NCBI GenBank assembly: GCA_038087875.1
Contig: JAXLNO010000081.1
Span: 1-64,000, forward strand
DNA length: 64,000 nucleotides
From: Malacoraja senta
Taxonomy: Eukaryota
Direction: 5' to 3'
Made by a program: the position numbers and the translations under genes. Shown piece by piece: positions 1 through 14,000 of the stretch. Every line of letters begins with the position of its first letter. Position 1 is the stretch's first letter. The notes beneath the pieces are model-generated. The model did no database searches, was not told the origin of the DNA, and worked only from the letters and a program-made list of their open reading frames with translations.

Positions 1-830
1 CTACATCAACATCCACCCAACCAGCCGTCTGCCCAGCCCACTATAAAAGTAGACGACAGCACTCTTGAAAACATCCCCTACTTTAACAGCATTCTTTCCT
101 CAAAAGCTGAGATCGACTCCGATGTCAAACATCGCATGTGTTGTGCCAGCGGAGCCTACGCCAGGCTCAGAAAAACAATCTTTAAAGACAGAGGGCTAAA
201 GGTTCAAACAAAACTACTGGTCTACAGAGCCGTTGTCCTCTCCACCCTATTATGTGTAGCCGAGTCATGGACCACCACAGCAGGCACCTTAGAACCCTGG
301 AACAAAGCCATCATAGATCCTTACGAAATATCCTGAGGATCAGCTGGGAGGACAATCGCGGCAACATCAGCGTTTTGGAGGAAGCCAACATGACCAGCAT
401 CACCACCACAATAATGCAGCACCAACTTCGATGGAGTGGCCATGTCTTCCGCATGTCCAAGACACGTCTCCATAAATAATTCCTGTATTGTCAATTGAAG
501 GACCATCGGCAAGCCGCCGGCGGGCCAAAGAAACGCTTCAAGGACAACATCAAGAAGAGTCTGAAGAAATTCCACATCACATCAAGCAAATGGGAGCACA
601 TTGCACCGGACAGGCGCTCCTGGAGGAAATCTGTGCAGGAAGGAGCTGCACTTAACGAAATGGAACTACGCCGTGTCGCAGAGATAAAGCAACAGCACCA
701 TAAGGAGAGAGAGAAGGGGGCTCGACGACTACCACCCACCGCCAGTCTCCACTGCCCACGTTGCACCAAAGCCACCTCAAAAAGGCAGCCAGCATCATCA
801 GACCCACACCACCCTCGCCACACACACATT
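1..830 (+). mobile_element. RTE-clade LINE, degenerate RT C-terminal fragment
   Basis: Frameshifted ORFs 136-336, 252-479 and 495-863 give TKLLVYRAVVLSTLL, LRWSGHVFRM and GGPKKRFKDNIK, motifs typical of RTE ORF C-termini. Confidence 0.8.
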
Positions 831-1289
831 CACCCCTGCCATCACGAAGAAGGTGGGGCCTGAAAACTGTAACGTTCTGGTCAGGAACAGCTTTTCCCCT
901 ACACCCATCAGGCTACTAAACACTAAAAACGCAAATAAGCACTGAACTACATAAATTATTATTGATATAATTACACTAGCACTGTTTGTTTGTTTTATAT
1001 TTGTACATGTATATGTACATATTAATAACAAGCAAGCGACACTAGTGCAATAATAAACAAGTGAATAAATAAACAAACACATTAATTAATTATTAGATAA
1101 ATAGATAAAATAATACATCAATAAATAAATAAATAGACAAGAAAACAAATCAACTGGTAAATACATCAATAAACAGATAAATACATAGATAGATAAATAA
1201 ATAGATAAATACATTAATTCATTAATAACAAGATAAATATATATCATAAATAATGAGATTAATAAATATAAATATATAGACAGATATAT

Positions 1290-3350
<2,061 letters not shown>

Positions 3351-3929
3351 TAAATAAATAAATAAATAAGTAGACGGGTAAACAAATAAATAATTGTGGA
3401 AATAAGTAAATAAATCAATAGATTGATAAACAGATAAAGAGGGGTAAATAAGTACATAATATATAAACAGATCGACAGATGAATAAATAAATAGACTAAT
3501 ACATTCAGTTTGTATATATATATACACGCACCGAATCTGTTTATTCATTTAATTATTTTTTATTTACTTGTATCTTCTCATTAATCATATTGTTTACAGA
3601 GCACTATGTTTACATGTTCTGTTGTGCTGCTGCAAGTAAGAATTTCATTGTACCATCTGGGACACTTGACAGTGAAACACATCTAGTCTACACTGTTCCA
3701 CAAGTGGAAACATCCTCTCCCCATCCACTCTCTCCAAACCTTTCACTATTTTGTGCGTGTCATTCTTCTAAATTCCAGCGAATATAGGTCCATTGCCGTC
3801 ATACGTTCATCACATGTTAACGCACTTATTCCTGGGAACATTCTTGTAAACTTCCACTGGACCCTCTCCAGAGCCAACACTCCTTCCTCAGATATGGTGC
3901 CAAAATATAGGTTTCTCCGATGGCAATTG

Positions 3930-4190
3930 ACTCTGCATACCCCTCATGTCCTCCCTGTTCCACAGTTTGTTACCAGCTCTTCCACAGCCAGCAACGGACT
4001 ATTGTGGGTTCAACCCTTCCTTGGTCATCGGTGCCGACTCTAATTTGTTCTGAACCTTTTAATGACACTACTTTCCATGCCCCTTGACCCTCAGTCTGAA
4101 GAAGGGCCTCGATCTGAAAAACCACCTGTTCCCTCTCTCCAGTTATGCTGCCTGACCGGCTGAGTTACTCCAGCATTTTCAGTCTGTCTT
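3930..4190 (+). mobile_element. Penelope-derived non-autonomous fragment
   Basis: Ends cagtctgaagaaggg...tgctgcctgaccggctgagttactccagcatttt, similar to the terminus of the GIY-YIG-bearing fragment at 9375-9690. Confidence 0.55.
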
Positions 4191-4234
4191 TGGTTAAGGA
4201 CTCTCTTGTACTGGATTCCTGCTATTGTAATAGC

Positions 4235-5530
4235 GGCTGTTAAAGGGACATCGTTTCACAAAACTTGGAGACGACCGTAGGTGGGAATATCGAGTAGTTG
4301 GTCGAAACAGGAAGAGTCACTGTGGCTTTGTATGTGGGAGGTCGTGTCTCACGCAGCTGATTGAGTGTTTTAAAGATGTACCCTAAAAGGCTGATGAGGG
4401 CAGAGCTGTAGATGTTGGATATATGAACTCCATCAAAGCATTCGACAAGTTTCCACATGATATGCTACCCTGGAAGGTCAGATCGCATGCGATCCAATGA
4501 GACATAGCTGTATGGATTAAAAATCGGCTTCATAGAAGGAGCCAGCGGGTGATGGTGGAAGGTTGCTTCTCGTAGATGAGGCCTGTGACTAGTGGTGTGA
4601 CTCAGGGTACGGTGCTGGACCCATTGCTCTTTGTCATCTATCTCAATGATTTGGAAGAGAACGTACATGGCACCATTAGCAGGTTTGCGGATAATACACA
4701 AGTGGTTGGGATTGTAGATAGTGAAAATGGTTTTGGCAAATATTGCAGCAGAATCTTGATCGGTTGCTCAGGTGGACTGATGAATGGTTGATAGAATTTA
4801 ATACACAGAAGGAGTTGCATTTTCGAAAGTCTAACATGGGCAGGACCTACACAGTTGATGGTGGAGCTCTGGGGAGCGTTGTAGAGCAGAGGGATCTAGG
4901 AGTGCAGGTACATAACTCCTTGAAGGTGATGTCACAGGTAAATAGGGTGGTTTAAAGGGCTTTTGGCACATTGGCCTTCGTCAGTCAAAGAGTGGAGTAT
5001 AGAAGTTGGGAGGTATTTTGCAGCTATAAAATACATTGATGAGGCCGCATATAAAATATTGTGTTCAGTTCTGGACAACGTTACAGGAAAGACGTTGTCA
5101 AGTTGGAAAGGGTACAGAGAAGATTTATGAGGATGTTGACGAGACACGAGGGCCTGAGATATAGGGAGAGTAGGCTGGGACTCTATTGCTTGGTGCGCAG
5201 GAGGATGAGCGATGATCAGTTAGAGGTATATTAATTCAAGAACCAGGGGACAGAGATTGAAGGTGAAGGGGGAAATATTTAATAGTAACCTGAGGGGCGT
5301 GTTCGCCACCGAAGGAGGGTGGGTGTAAGGAACGAGCAACCGGAGGAGGTAATTAAGAAAGGGGCTATTGCAATGTTTAAGAAGCAATAGACAGGTACAT
5401 GGATAAGACAGGTTTAGAGGGATAAGGGCTAAACACAGGCATGTGGCACTAGTGTAGATGGGATATGTTGGTCGGTGTGGCCAAGTGGGGACGAAGGGCT
5501 TGGTTCCACATTGTATGGCTCTATGACTCG
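4235..5530 (+). mobile_element. Old CR1 LINE 3' fragment (RT)
   Basis: VTSGVTQGTVLDPLLF, RFADNT and EQRDLGVQVH in broken frames. Confidence 0.85.
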
Positions 5531-6255
5531 CATGTGACACCTGCGTTCATGCTCTATTGCCCATTGGCACTGCCCACAAGCCACGTTGGTGCCTCAAGCG
5601 TGGCAAATGAGGGAGCCTGCAAAGCAATTGGCTGAACATTGTGTTTTCTTTCTACTTAAGAAATTATCTGAGGACAATATGACCCTTATTTGACTCTGCC
5701 AACTTCAAATATTCCAGCAGAACGCATAGACTGTTGCCGACAAGATCTGTTGCAGTGTTTGATTGTATGATAGTTCAGCATTGTAAAATGTACACTTCAG
5801 CATTGTAAAATTTATTGCCGTAGAAAACATTTAATCGCAATGCTTCACAGCTTGGTTTGGCAACAGTTCCATCCTCGACGGCAAGAAATTGCAGAGTATT
5901 GTGGACGTAGCCCAGACCATCACACAAACCAACCTCCCTTCCATTGACTCAAGCATTTGATAAGGTCCAACATAGGAGATTAGAGGGCAAAATTGGGGCA
6001 CATGATATTGGGGGTAGAATGCTGACGGATAGAATATTGGTTGGCAGACAGGAAACAAAGTGTAGGAATTAACGGGTCCCTTTCAGAATCGCAGGCAGTG
6101 ACTAGTGGGGTACCGCAAGGCTCGGTGCTGGGACAACAGCTATTTCCAATATTCATCAATGGTTTAGATGAAGGGATTCAAAGTAACAGTAATACATTTG
6201 CAGATGACACGAAGCTGGGTGGCAGTGTGAACTGTGAGGATCGTGCTACTGCTTG

Positions 6256-9245
6256 CAAATGCTACTGCGGAGACTTTAAACTAGAACGGTTGGGGGGAGG
6301 GACTCAAATAGAGAAAGCTTGTAGACAGTGTGTGAGGCAGGAGGCAGAGAGGGGAAGCACTCAGACCCAACAGGTAGGGGGGAAAGAAGAAAAAAATAAT
6401 AAACAGAGAATAAGAGGTGGTGGGTTTCTTAAATGTGTGAGCAGAGAGACAGAGGGGTGTAAAATGAGGGTAGAAGCAATAGGTAAAAAGGTGAAAAGTA
6501 AACGTGGCAGGCAGACAAATCCAGGGCAAAAATCAAAAAGGGCCACTTTTCAACATAATTGTATAAGGGGTAAGAGCGTTGTAAAAACAATCCTGAAGGC
6601 TTTGTGTCTCAATGCAAGGGGCATTCGTAATAAGGTGGATGAGTTGAATGTGCAGATAGCTATTAATGATTATGATATAGTTGGGATCACGGAGACATGG
6701 CTCCAGGGTGACCAAGGCTGGGAGCTGAACATCCAGGGATATTCAATATTCAGGAGGGATAAACAGAAAGGAAAAGGAGGTGGGGTGGCGTTCCTGGTTA
6801 GAGAGCAGATTAACGCAATGAAAGGAAGGATATTAGCTTGGAGGATGTGGAATCGATATGGGTAGAGGTACGAAACACTAAGGGGCAGAAAACGCTAGTG
6901 GGTGTTGTGTACAGGCCGCCTAACAGTAGTAGTAGAGTTGGGGATGGCATCAAACAGGAAATTAGAAATGCGTGCAACAAAGGTAAAACAGTTATAATGG
7001 GTGACTTCAATCTACATATAGATTGGGTGAATCAAATTGGCAGGGGTGCTGAGGGAGAGGATTTCTTGGAATGTATGCGGGATAGTTTTCTAAACCAACG
7101 TAGAGGAACCAACGAGCGCGCAGGTTATTCTAAACTGGGTATTGAGTAATGAGGAAGGGTTAGTTAGCAGTCTTGTTGTGCGTGGCCCCTTGGGCAAGAG
7201 TGACCATAATATGGTTGAGTTCTTCATTAGGATGGAGAGTGACATTGCTCATTCAGAAACAAGGGTTCTGAACTTAAAGAAAGGTAACTTTGAGGGTATG
7301 AAACGTGAATTGGCCAAGATTGACTGGCAATTGATTCTTAAAGGGTTGACGGTGGATATGCAATGGAAGGCATTTAAAGACTGCATGGATGAACTACAAA
7401 AATTGTTCATCCCAGTTTGGCAAAATAACAAATCAGGGAAGGTAGTGCATCCGTGGATAACAAGGGAAATCAGGGATAGTATCAAAAAAAATGATGAAGC
7501 ATAAAAATTAGCCAGAAAAAGCAGCCTAACAGAGAACTGGGAGAAATTCAGAGTCCAGCAGAGGAGGACAAAAAGCTTAATTAGGAAAGGGAAAATAGAT
7601 TATGAAAGAAAACTGGCAGGGAACATAAAAACTGACTGCAAAAGTTTGTATAGATATGTGAAGAGAAAGAGATTAGTTAAAACATACGTAGGTCCCTTGC
7701 AGTCAGAAACAGCCAGAGTACTTAAGGAAGTAGCCCCAGAAATAGTGGATGCATTAGTGATAATTTTTCAAAACTCCTTAGATTCTGGAGTAGTTCCTGA
7801 GGATTGGAGGGTAGCTAATGTAACCATCCTTTTTTTAAAGGGAGGGAGAGAGAAAACGGGGAATACAGACCATTTAATGTAACATCAGTAGTGGGGAAAC
7901 TGCTAGAGTCAGTTATTAAAGATGGGATAGCAGCACATTTGGAAAGTGGTGAAATCATTGGACAAATTCAGCATGGATTTACGAAAGGTAAATCATGTCT
8001 GACGAATCTTATAGAATTTTTCGAGGATGTAACTAAGCGGATAAGGGAGAACCAGTGGATGTGTTATATCTGGACTTTCAGAAGGCTTTCGACAAGGTCC
8101 CACATAAGAGATTAGTACGCAAACTTAAAGCACACGGTATTGGGGGTTCAGTATTGATGTGGATAGAGAACTGGCTGGCAAACAGAAAGCAAAGAGTAGG
8201 AGTAAACGGGTCCTTTTCAGCATGGCAGGCAGTGACTAGTGGGGTACAGCAAGGCTCAGTGCAGGGACCCCAGCTATTTACAATATATTAATGATTTGGA
8301 CGAGGGAATTGAATGCAACATCTCCAAGTTTGCGGATGACACAAAGCTGGGGGGGGGCAGTGTTAGCTGTGAGGAGGATGCTAGGAGGCTGCAAGGTGAC
8401 TTGGATAGGCTGGGTGAGTGCGCAAATGCATGGCAGATGCAGAATAATGTGGATAAATGTGAGGTTATCCCCTTTGGTGGCAAAAACAGGAAAGTAGACT
8501 ATTATCTAAATGGTGGCCGATTAGGAAAAGGGGAGACGCAACGAGACCTGGGTGTCATGGTACACCAGTCATTGAAATTAGGCATGCAGGTGCAGCAGGC
8601 AGTGAAGTAAGCGAATGGTATGTTAGCATTCATAGCAAAAGGATTTGAGTATAGGAGCAGGGAGGTTCTACTGCAATTGTACAGGGTCTTAGTGAGACCA
8701 CACCTTGAGTATTGCGTACAGTTTTGGTCTCCATTATTGCCATAGAGGGAGTACAGAGAAGGTTCACCAGATTGATTCCTGGGATGTCAGGACTTTCATA
8801 TGAAGAAAGATTGGATAGACTCGGCTTGTACTCGCTAGAATTTAGAAGATTGAGGGGGGATCTTATAGAAACTTACAAAATTCTTAAGGGGTTGGACAGG
8901 CTAGATGCAGGAAGATTGTTCCCGATGTTCTGGAAGTCCAGGACAAGGTGTCAGAGTTTAAGGATTAAGGGGAAATCCTTTAGGACCGAGATGAGAAAAA
9001 CATTTTTTCACACAGAGAGTGGTGAATCTCTGGAACTCTCTGCCACAGAAGGTAGTTGAGGCCAGTTCATTGGCTATATTTAAGAGGGAGTTAGATGTGG
9101 CCCTTGTTGCTAAAGGGATTAGGGGATATGGAGAGAAGGCAGGTACAGGATACTGAGTTGGATGATCAGCCATGATCATATTGAATGGCGGTGCAGGCTC
9201 GAAAGGCCGAACGGCCTACTCCTGCACCTATTTTCTATGTTTCTG
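6256..9245 (+). mobile_element. CR1 LINE, ORF2 (APE endonuclease + RT), inactivated, with an internal deletion at ~7710
   Basis: LCLNARGIRNK, GITETW, VYRPP, MGDFN, SDHN, YLDFQKAFDKV and FADDTK motifs, plus a tttctatg tail. Confidence 0.95.
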
Positions 9246-9374
9246 TGCTGTGAGAATATAGGTTGACTTGGACAGGTTGGGTGATTGGGCAGATGAATGG
9301 GAGACGCAGCTTAATATGGATATATGTGACGTTATCCACTTTGGTAGCAAAAACAGGAAGGCAGGTTAATGGTC

Positions 9375-9690
9375 GCCAAAAATGCTGGAGAAACACAGCG
9401 GGTGAGGCAATATCTATGGAGCGAAGGAAATAGGCAACTTTTCGGGTCGAAACCCTTCTTCAGACGGATGTGAGGGTGAGGGTGAAGAAGAAAGGAAGAG
9501 GTGGAGCTAGTGGGCTGAGGGGGAGCTGAGAAGGGGAGGAGAAAGTACTGACTACATGAAATTAGATAAGTCAATGTTCATACGGCTGGGATGCAAACTG
9601 CCCAAGCGAAATATGAGGTGCTGCTGCTACAATTTACGATGGTCCTCACTCTGGCCATGGACGAGACCCAGGACAGAGAGGTCGGATTCG
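9375..9690 (-). mobile_element. Penelope-like element 3' end (GIY-YIG C-terminus plus terminal region)
   Basis: The minus strand translates as DLSVLGLVHGQSEDHRKL*QQHLIFRLGSLHPSRMNIDLSNF and is followed by ctgaagaagggtttcgacccgaaa. Confidence 0.8.
9435..9465 (-). ncRNA. Hammerhead-ribozyme-like core (minimal type I, probably degenerate)
   Basis: CUGAAGA-A-GGGU(UUCG)ACCC-GAAA-AGUU matches the CUGANGA / stem II / GAAA core and lies within a Penelope terminus. Confidence 0.55.
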
Positions 9691-10368
9691 GAAAGTAAGC
9701 ATGCAGGTACAGCAGGCAGTCAAGAAAGCGAATGGCACGTTGTCCTTCATAACAAGAGGAGTTGGGTATAGGAGCAAAGACGCCCTTCTGCAGTTGTACA
9801 GGGCCCTAGTGAGACCACACCTGGAGTATTGTGTGCAGTTTTGGTCCCTTAATTTGAGGAAGGACATTCTTGCTATTGAGGGAGGTTCACAAGGTTAATT
9901 CCCGGGATGGCGGGACTGTCATATGCTGAGAGAATGGAGCGGCTGGGCTTGTATACTCTAGAATTTAGAAGAATGCGAGGGTGTATTATTAAACATATAA
10001 GATTTTTAAGGGTTGGGATACGCTAGAGGCAGGAAACATGTTCCCGATGTTGGGGGATTCCAGACCCAGGGGCCACAGTTTAAGAATGCGTAGTAAGCGA
10101 TTTGGAACGGAGATGAGGAAACACATTTTCATACAGAACGTTGTGAGTCTGTGCAATTTTCCGCCTCAGAAGGCGGTGAAGGACGGTTCTCTGTATACTT
10201 TCAAGAGAGAGCTAGGTTGGGGTGTTAAAGATAGAGGGGTCTGTGGGATATGGGGAGAGGCAAGAACGGGGTACTGATTGTGGATGATCAACCATGATCA
10301 CATTGAATGGGCGGTGCTGGCTCGAAGGGCTGAATGGCCTACTCCTGCACCTATTGTCTATTGTCTAT

Positions 10369-10770
10369 GCTGCCTCGGCAAGGCCACCAGCATAATCAAG
10401 GACCAGTCTTATCCCAGACACTCCCTCTTCTCCCCTCTCCAATCACGCGAAAGATGGAGAGTTGTGAAAGCACACACCTGCAGGTTCAGGGACAGTTTCT
10501 TCCCAGCTGTTATCAGGCAACTGAACCATCATATCACCAACTAGAGAGCTGTCCTGATCTACTATCTACCTCATTAGACACCCTCGGACTATCTTTCATC
10601 GGAGTTTACTGACTTTATCTGGCAGTAAACGGTATTCACGTTATTCCGTTCATCCTGCATCTGTAAACCGTGGATGGCTGAATTGTAATCATGTATTGTC
10701 TTTCCAGTAACGGGTTAGCAAGCAACAGAAATGTTCACTCTACCTCGGTCCACATTATAATAAATGTAAC
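10369..10770 (+). mobile_element. Rex1/Babar- or L2-like LINE 3' fragment
   Basis: KATSIIKDQSYPRHSLFSPL...RFRDSFFPAVIRQLN. Confidence 0.65.
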
Positions 10771-11067
10771 TAAACTCGTTGATTGAGAATAGTTTACATA
10801 GAACACAGATCACTGCAGCATAAGAACAGGCCCTTCGGCCCACAATGTCCATCTGCCTGAAAGTGATCCCTGAATGTCCCCTCATTTCCTGGATATCCAT
10901 GTGTCATAGAATCATAGAGGCATGAAGCCATACAGCATGAAACAGGCCCTTCGGCCCAACGTGGCAACGTCAACCAACATGCCCCATCTATAGTCGTCGC
11001 ACCTGCCCGCATTTGGCCCATATCCCTTGAAACCTGTCATATCCATGTACATGTCTAAATGTTCCTT

Positions 11068-14000
11068 CATTTAAATATTTTTATTTGAATTTCTAAGCAA
11101 TTTGCATACATACTATGATAACAGACAGTGACAGTCAAGGCATAATTGTGCAACAGTATGTAAGCGACCCTCAATACCCTTACCCTTACCCACCTTCAAC
11201 CCACCCGAATCAAGTCGGAACCAAACGGGGACAAACAACACTCACATACGTACACATCCACACATATATGGTAAGATAAACGAAACAAAAAGTACTGAAA
11301 ATAATTAATTAATTTGGGGTCACTAATAAAATTTGGGGTCACTTATAACATTAAATAAGTAAGTAATTAAATAAATAATTGTAGGGAGGGGGGGTTAAGG
11401 GGAAAGCAGCTGCTGTAGAGCAAAACAATGGTGGAGAACACTCAGTCCTCTTCCGAGTCCGGGGACAAGTTGAGAGAGTTAACAAGTTCCAAGAAAGGGT
11501 TCCATGTGTCTAGGAATGTCTTGGTAGAGCCTTTGAGAGAGAACCTACGTTTTTCAAGCTTTAAATTGTAAAGCACCTCCTTAATCCAACGGGCGTGTGT
11601 CGGGGGACAGGTGAGCCTTCAGTTAAGCAAGATCAGTCTCCGGGCTAACAAGGTTGTAAAAGCTAGGACCCGTTTCACCGCAACAGAGAGGTTGGTGTTG
11701 GGAGGGGTACCGAAAATGGTTGACATTGGGTTTGGAGGAATAGTCTGGTCGTAGGCTCTGCTTATCAATTCGAAAGCACTCCTCCAAAAGGCTGCTAGCT
11801 TAGGGCAAGACCAAAACATATTTCTATGGTTGGCAGGGGATTGATTACATCTGTTGCAGGTGTCCCTAACAGCGGGGTACATTCTAGATAATCTTGCATT
11901 TGTGTAGTGGACTTTGTAAAGGACTTTGCATTGGATTAGGCCATGACGGGCACATATGGAGGAAGAATGGATCAAATCCAAGGCAGAGTCCCATTGCAGG
12001 TCTGTTAGTTTCGTATTCAGCTCTCCCTCCCACGCAGCCTTTAATGAGGTATGAGGTTTCAATAAAACCGACCCTAGCAAATTATACAAGATAGAGATGC
12101 ATTTCTTCCGGTTGGGATCTAAAGCTAAGATGGTATCAGTCAGGGTTTCAGGGGGCGATTTGGGAAATAGGGGAATGTCTTCTTCACAAAATCCCTAATC
12201 TGGAAAAACAGAAAAAGGTGGGAGTTTGGGAGGCTGTAGTTGGACGAGAGCTCCGCGAAGGACGAAAATATGCCATCCTTGTATAGGTTTTTGATACTAC
12301 TGATACCGTAGCGATGCCAGGTTTTGAATGCGTTGTCTGTACTTGAAGGTTTAAAGATGTGATTTTTAAGCAATGGGGTCAAAATGGAAGGGCCGTGTAA
12401 ACCGAAGTTTTTCCTGAGTTGACTCCATATCTTGAGCGAGAGGGACGCAATTGGGCCTGCACCCAAAGATGTTATAGACAGGGGGTAGTTGGGAGCATAG
12501 GACAGACCGCAACGGGAGACGTGAACTCGCCTTTTCAATGTATACCCAGGTCGGTAGGTGGTCGCAATCAACATTCATCCAATACAGGAGTTTTTGCAAG
12601 TTAGCTGCCCAATAGTATCGCCTAAAGTCAGGAAGTGCCAAACCGCCGTCACTCTTAGGAGACTGCACTATTGCCTTTCGGATTCTAGCCGGTTTGCTAC
12701 CCCATATAAATTTAGATATCGTCCTTTCTAATTGATCAAAAAAAGATTTAGTGATAAGTATAGGGACGTGCTGGAAAAGATACAGGAATTTGGGTAGGAC
12801 GACCATCTTGACAAGATTTATCCGGCCCACGAGGGATAGCGGTAAAACTGACCAGCGGTCAAAATCTCTTTTGGCTTTCTCAACCAGAGGCAGAACGTTT
12901 ATGCGGAACATATCAGATATGGGTATTGTGATAAAAACGCCGAGTTAGCGAAACGCCAATGAGTTAATCGTTAATAGCTCACTCTTTTGGTAGTTAAGTT
13001 TATAACCAGAATACGCACCAAACCGTTCTAAAATATTCGTAATCACAGGGAGAGAACTGACTGGGTTGGAGATGTACAGGAGTAGGTCGTCCGCATACAA
13101 CGAGACTTTATGAGTTGTGTCGAACCGTGTAATACCTTTAAAGCCCTTCTGAGCATAACCAGACCGCCAGGGGTTCTATCGCAACAGCAAACAGGAGTGG
13201 TGATAACGGGCAACCCTGTCTGGTACCTCTCTGAAGGGTGAAGTGGGGCGACAGTATGTTGTTTGTTTGTACTGAGGCCACCGGGGACGAGTATCATAGA
13301 CTTACCCAAAGAATAAATCTGTTACCGAGGCCAAACCTGTCCATCGCCTCATATATGTACCTCCACTCGACCCTGTCGAAGGCTTTTTCGGCGTCGAGGG
13401 AGACCACTTTCTCCGGGGTCTCACTACTCGAAGAATGGATGATGTTAAGGAGACGCCTAGCATTGTGGGAAGACTGTCGGCCTGGTATGAACCCTGTTTG
13501 ATATAACGAGATAATAGAGGACATCACTCGTTGAAGACGGAGCGCAAGGGTTTTAGAGAGGATTTTGAGGTCCACATTCAGGAGTGAGATTGGTCTATAG
13601 CGACTACAAAGCAGGGGATCTTTCTCCTTTTTAAGAATTAGGGAGATAGTAGCCCACGACAGGGTGGGCGGTAGGCGACGATGTAAAAACGCCTCATTGT
13701 ACATATCTCTCAGGACTGGTGCGAGGAGATCAGAGAAAGCTTTGTAATATTGTACAGTGAAGCCGTCAGGGCCGGGTGACTTTCCGCTTTGCAGCGATGT
13801 GATGGCTGCTTGGACCTCAGCAATAGTTATGTGACCACCCAAGTCTCTCGTGCCTTCATCGTCAATTCGTGGAAACGTCATACTACTGAACATGTCACCT
13901 GCAGTGGGAGGACAGTCGGAAGTGTATAGTTCAGCGTATAATTTTGCAAATGCTTCATTAGTTCTAAGAGGATCAGTATGAATCTCCCCTAAGCTGGATC

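Larger units (their letters stand above)
5952..10368 (+). mobile_element. Older CR1 3' fragment interrupted by a younger CR1 (6256-9245) and a Penelope fragment (9375-9690)
   Basis: GVPQGSVLG and FADDTKLGG end at ...actgtgagga (6240). The sequence resumes at ctgtgag (~9248) and again at ~9691, and ends in an (attgtct)n tail. Confidence 0.8.
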
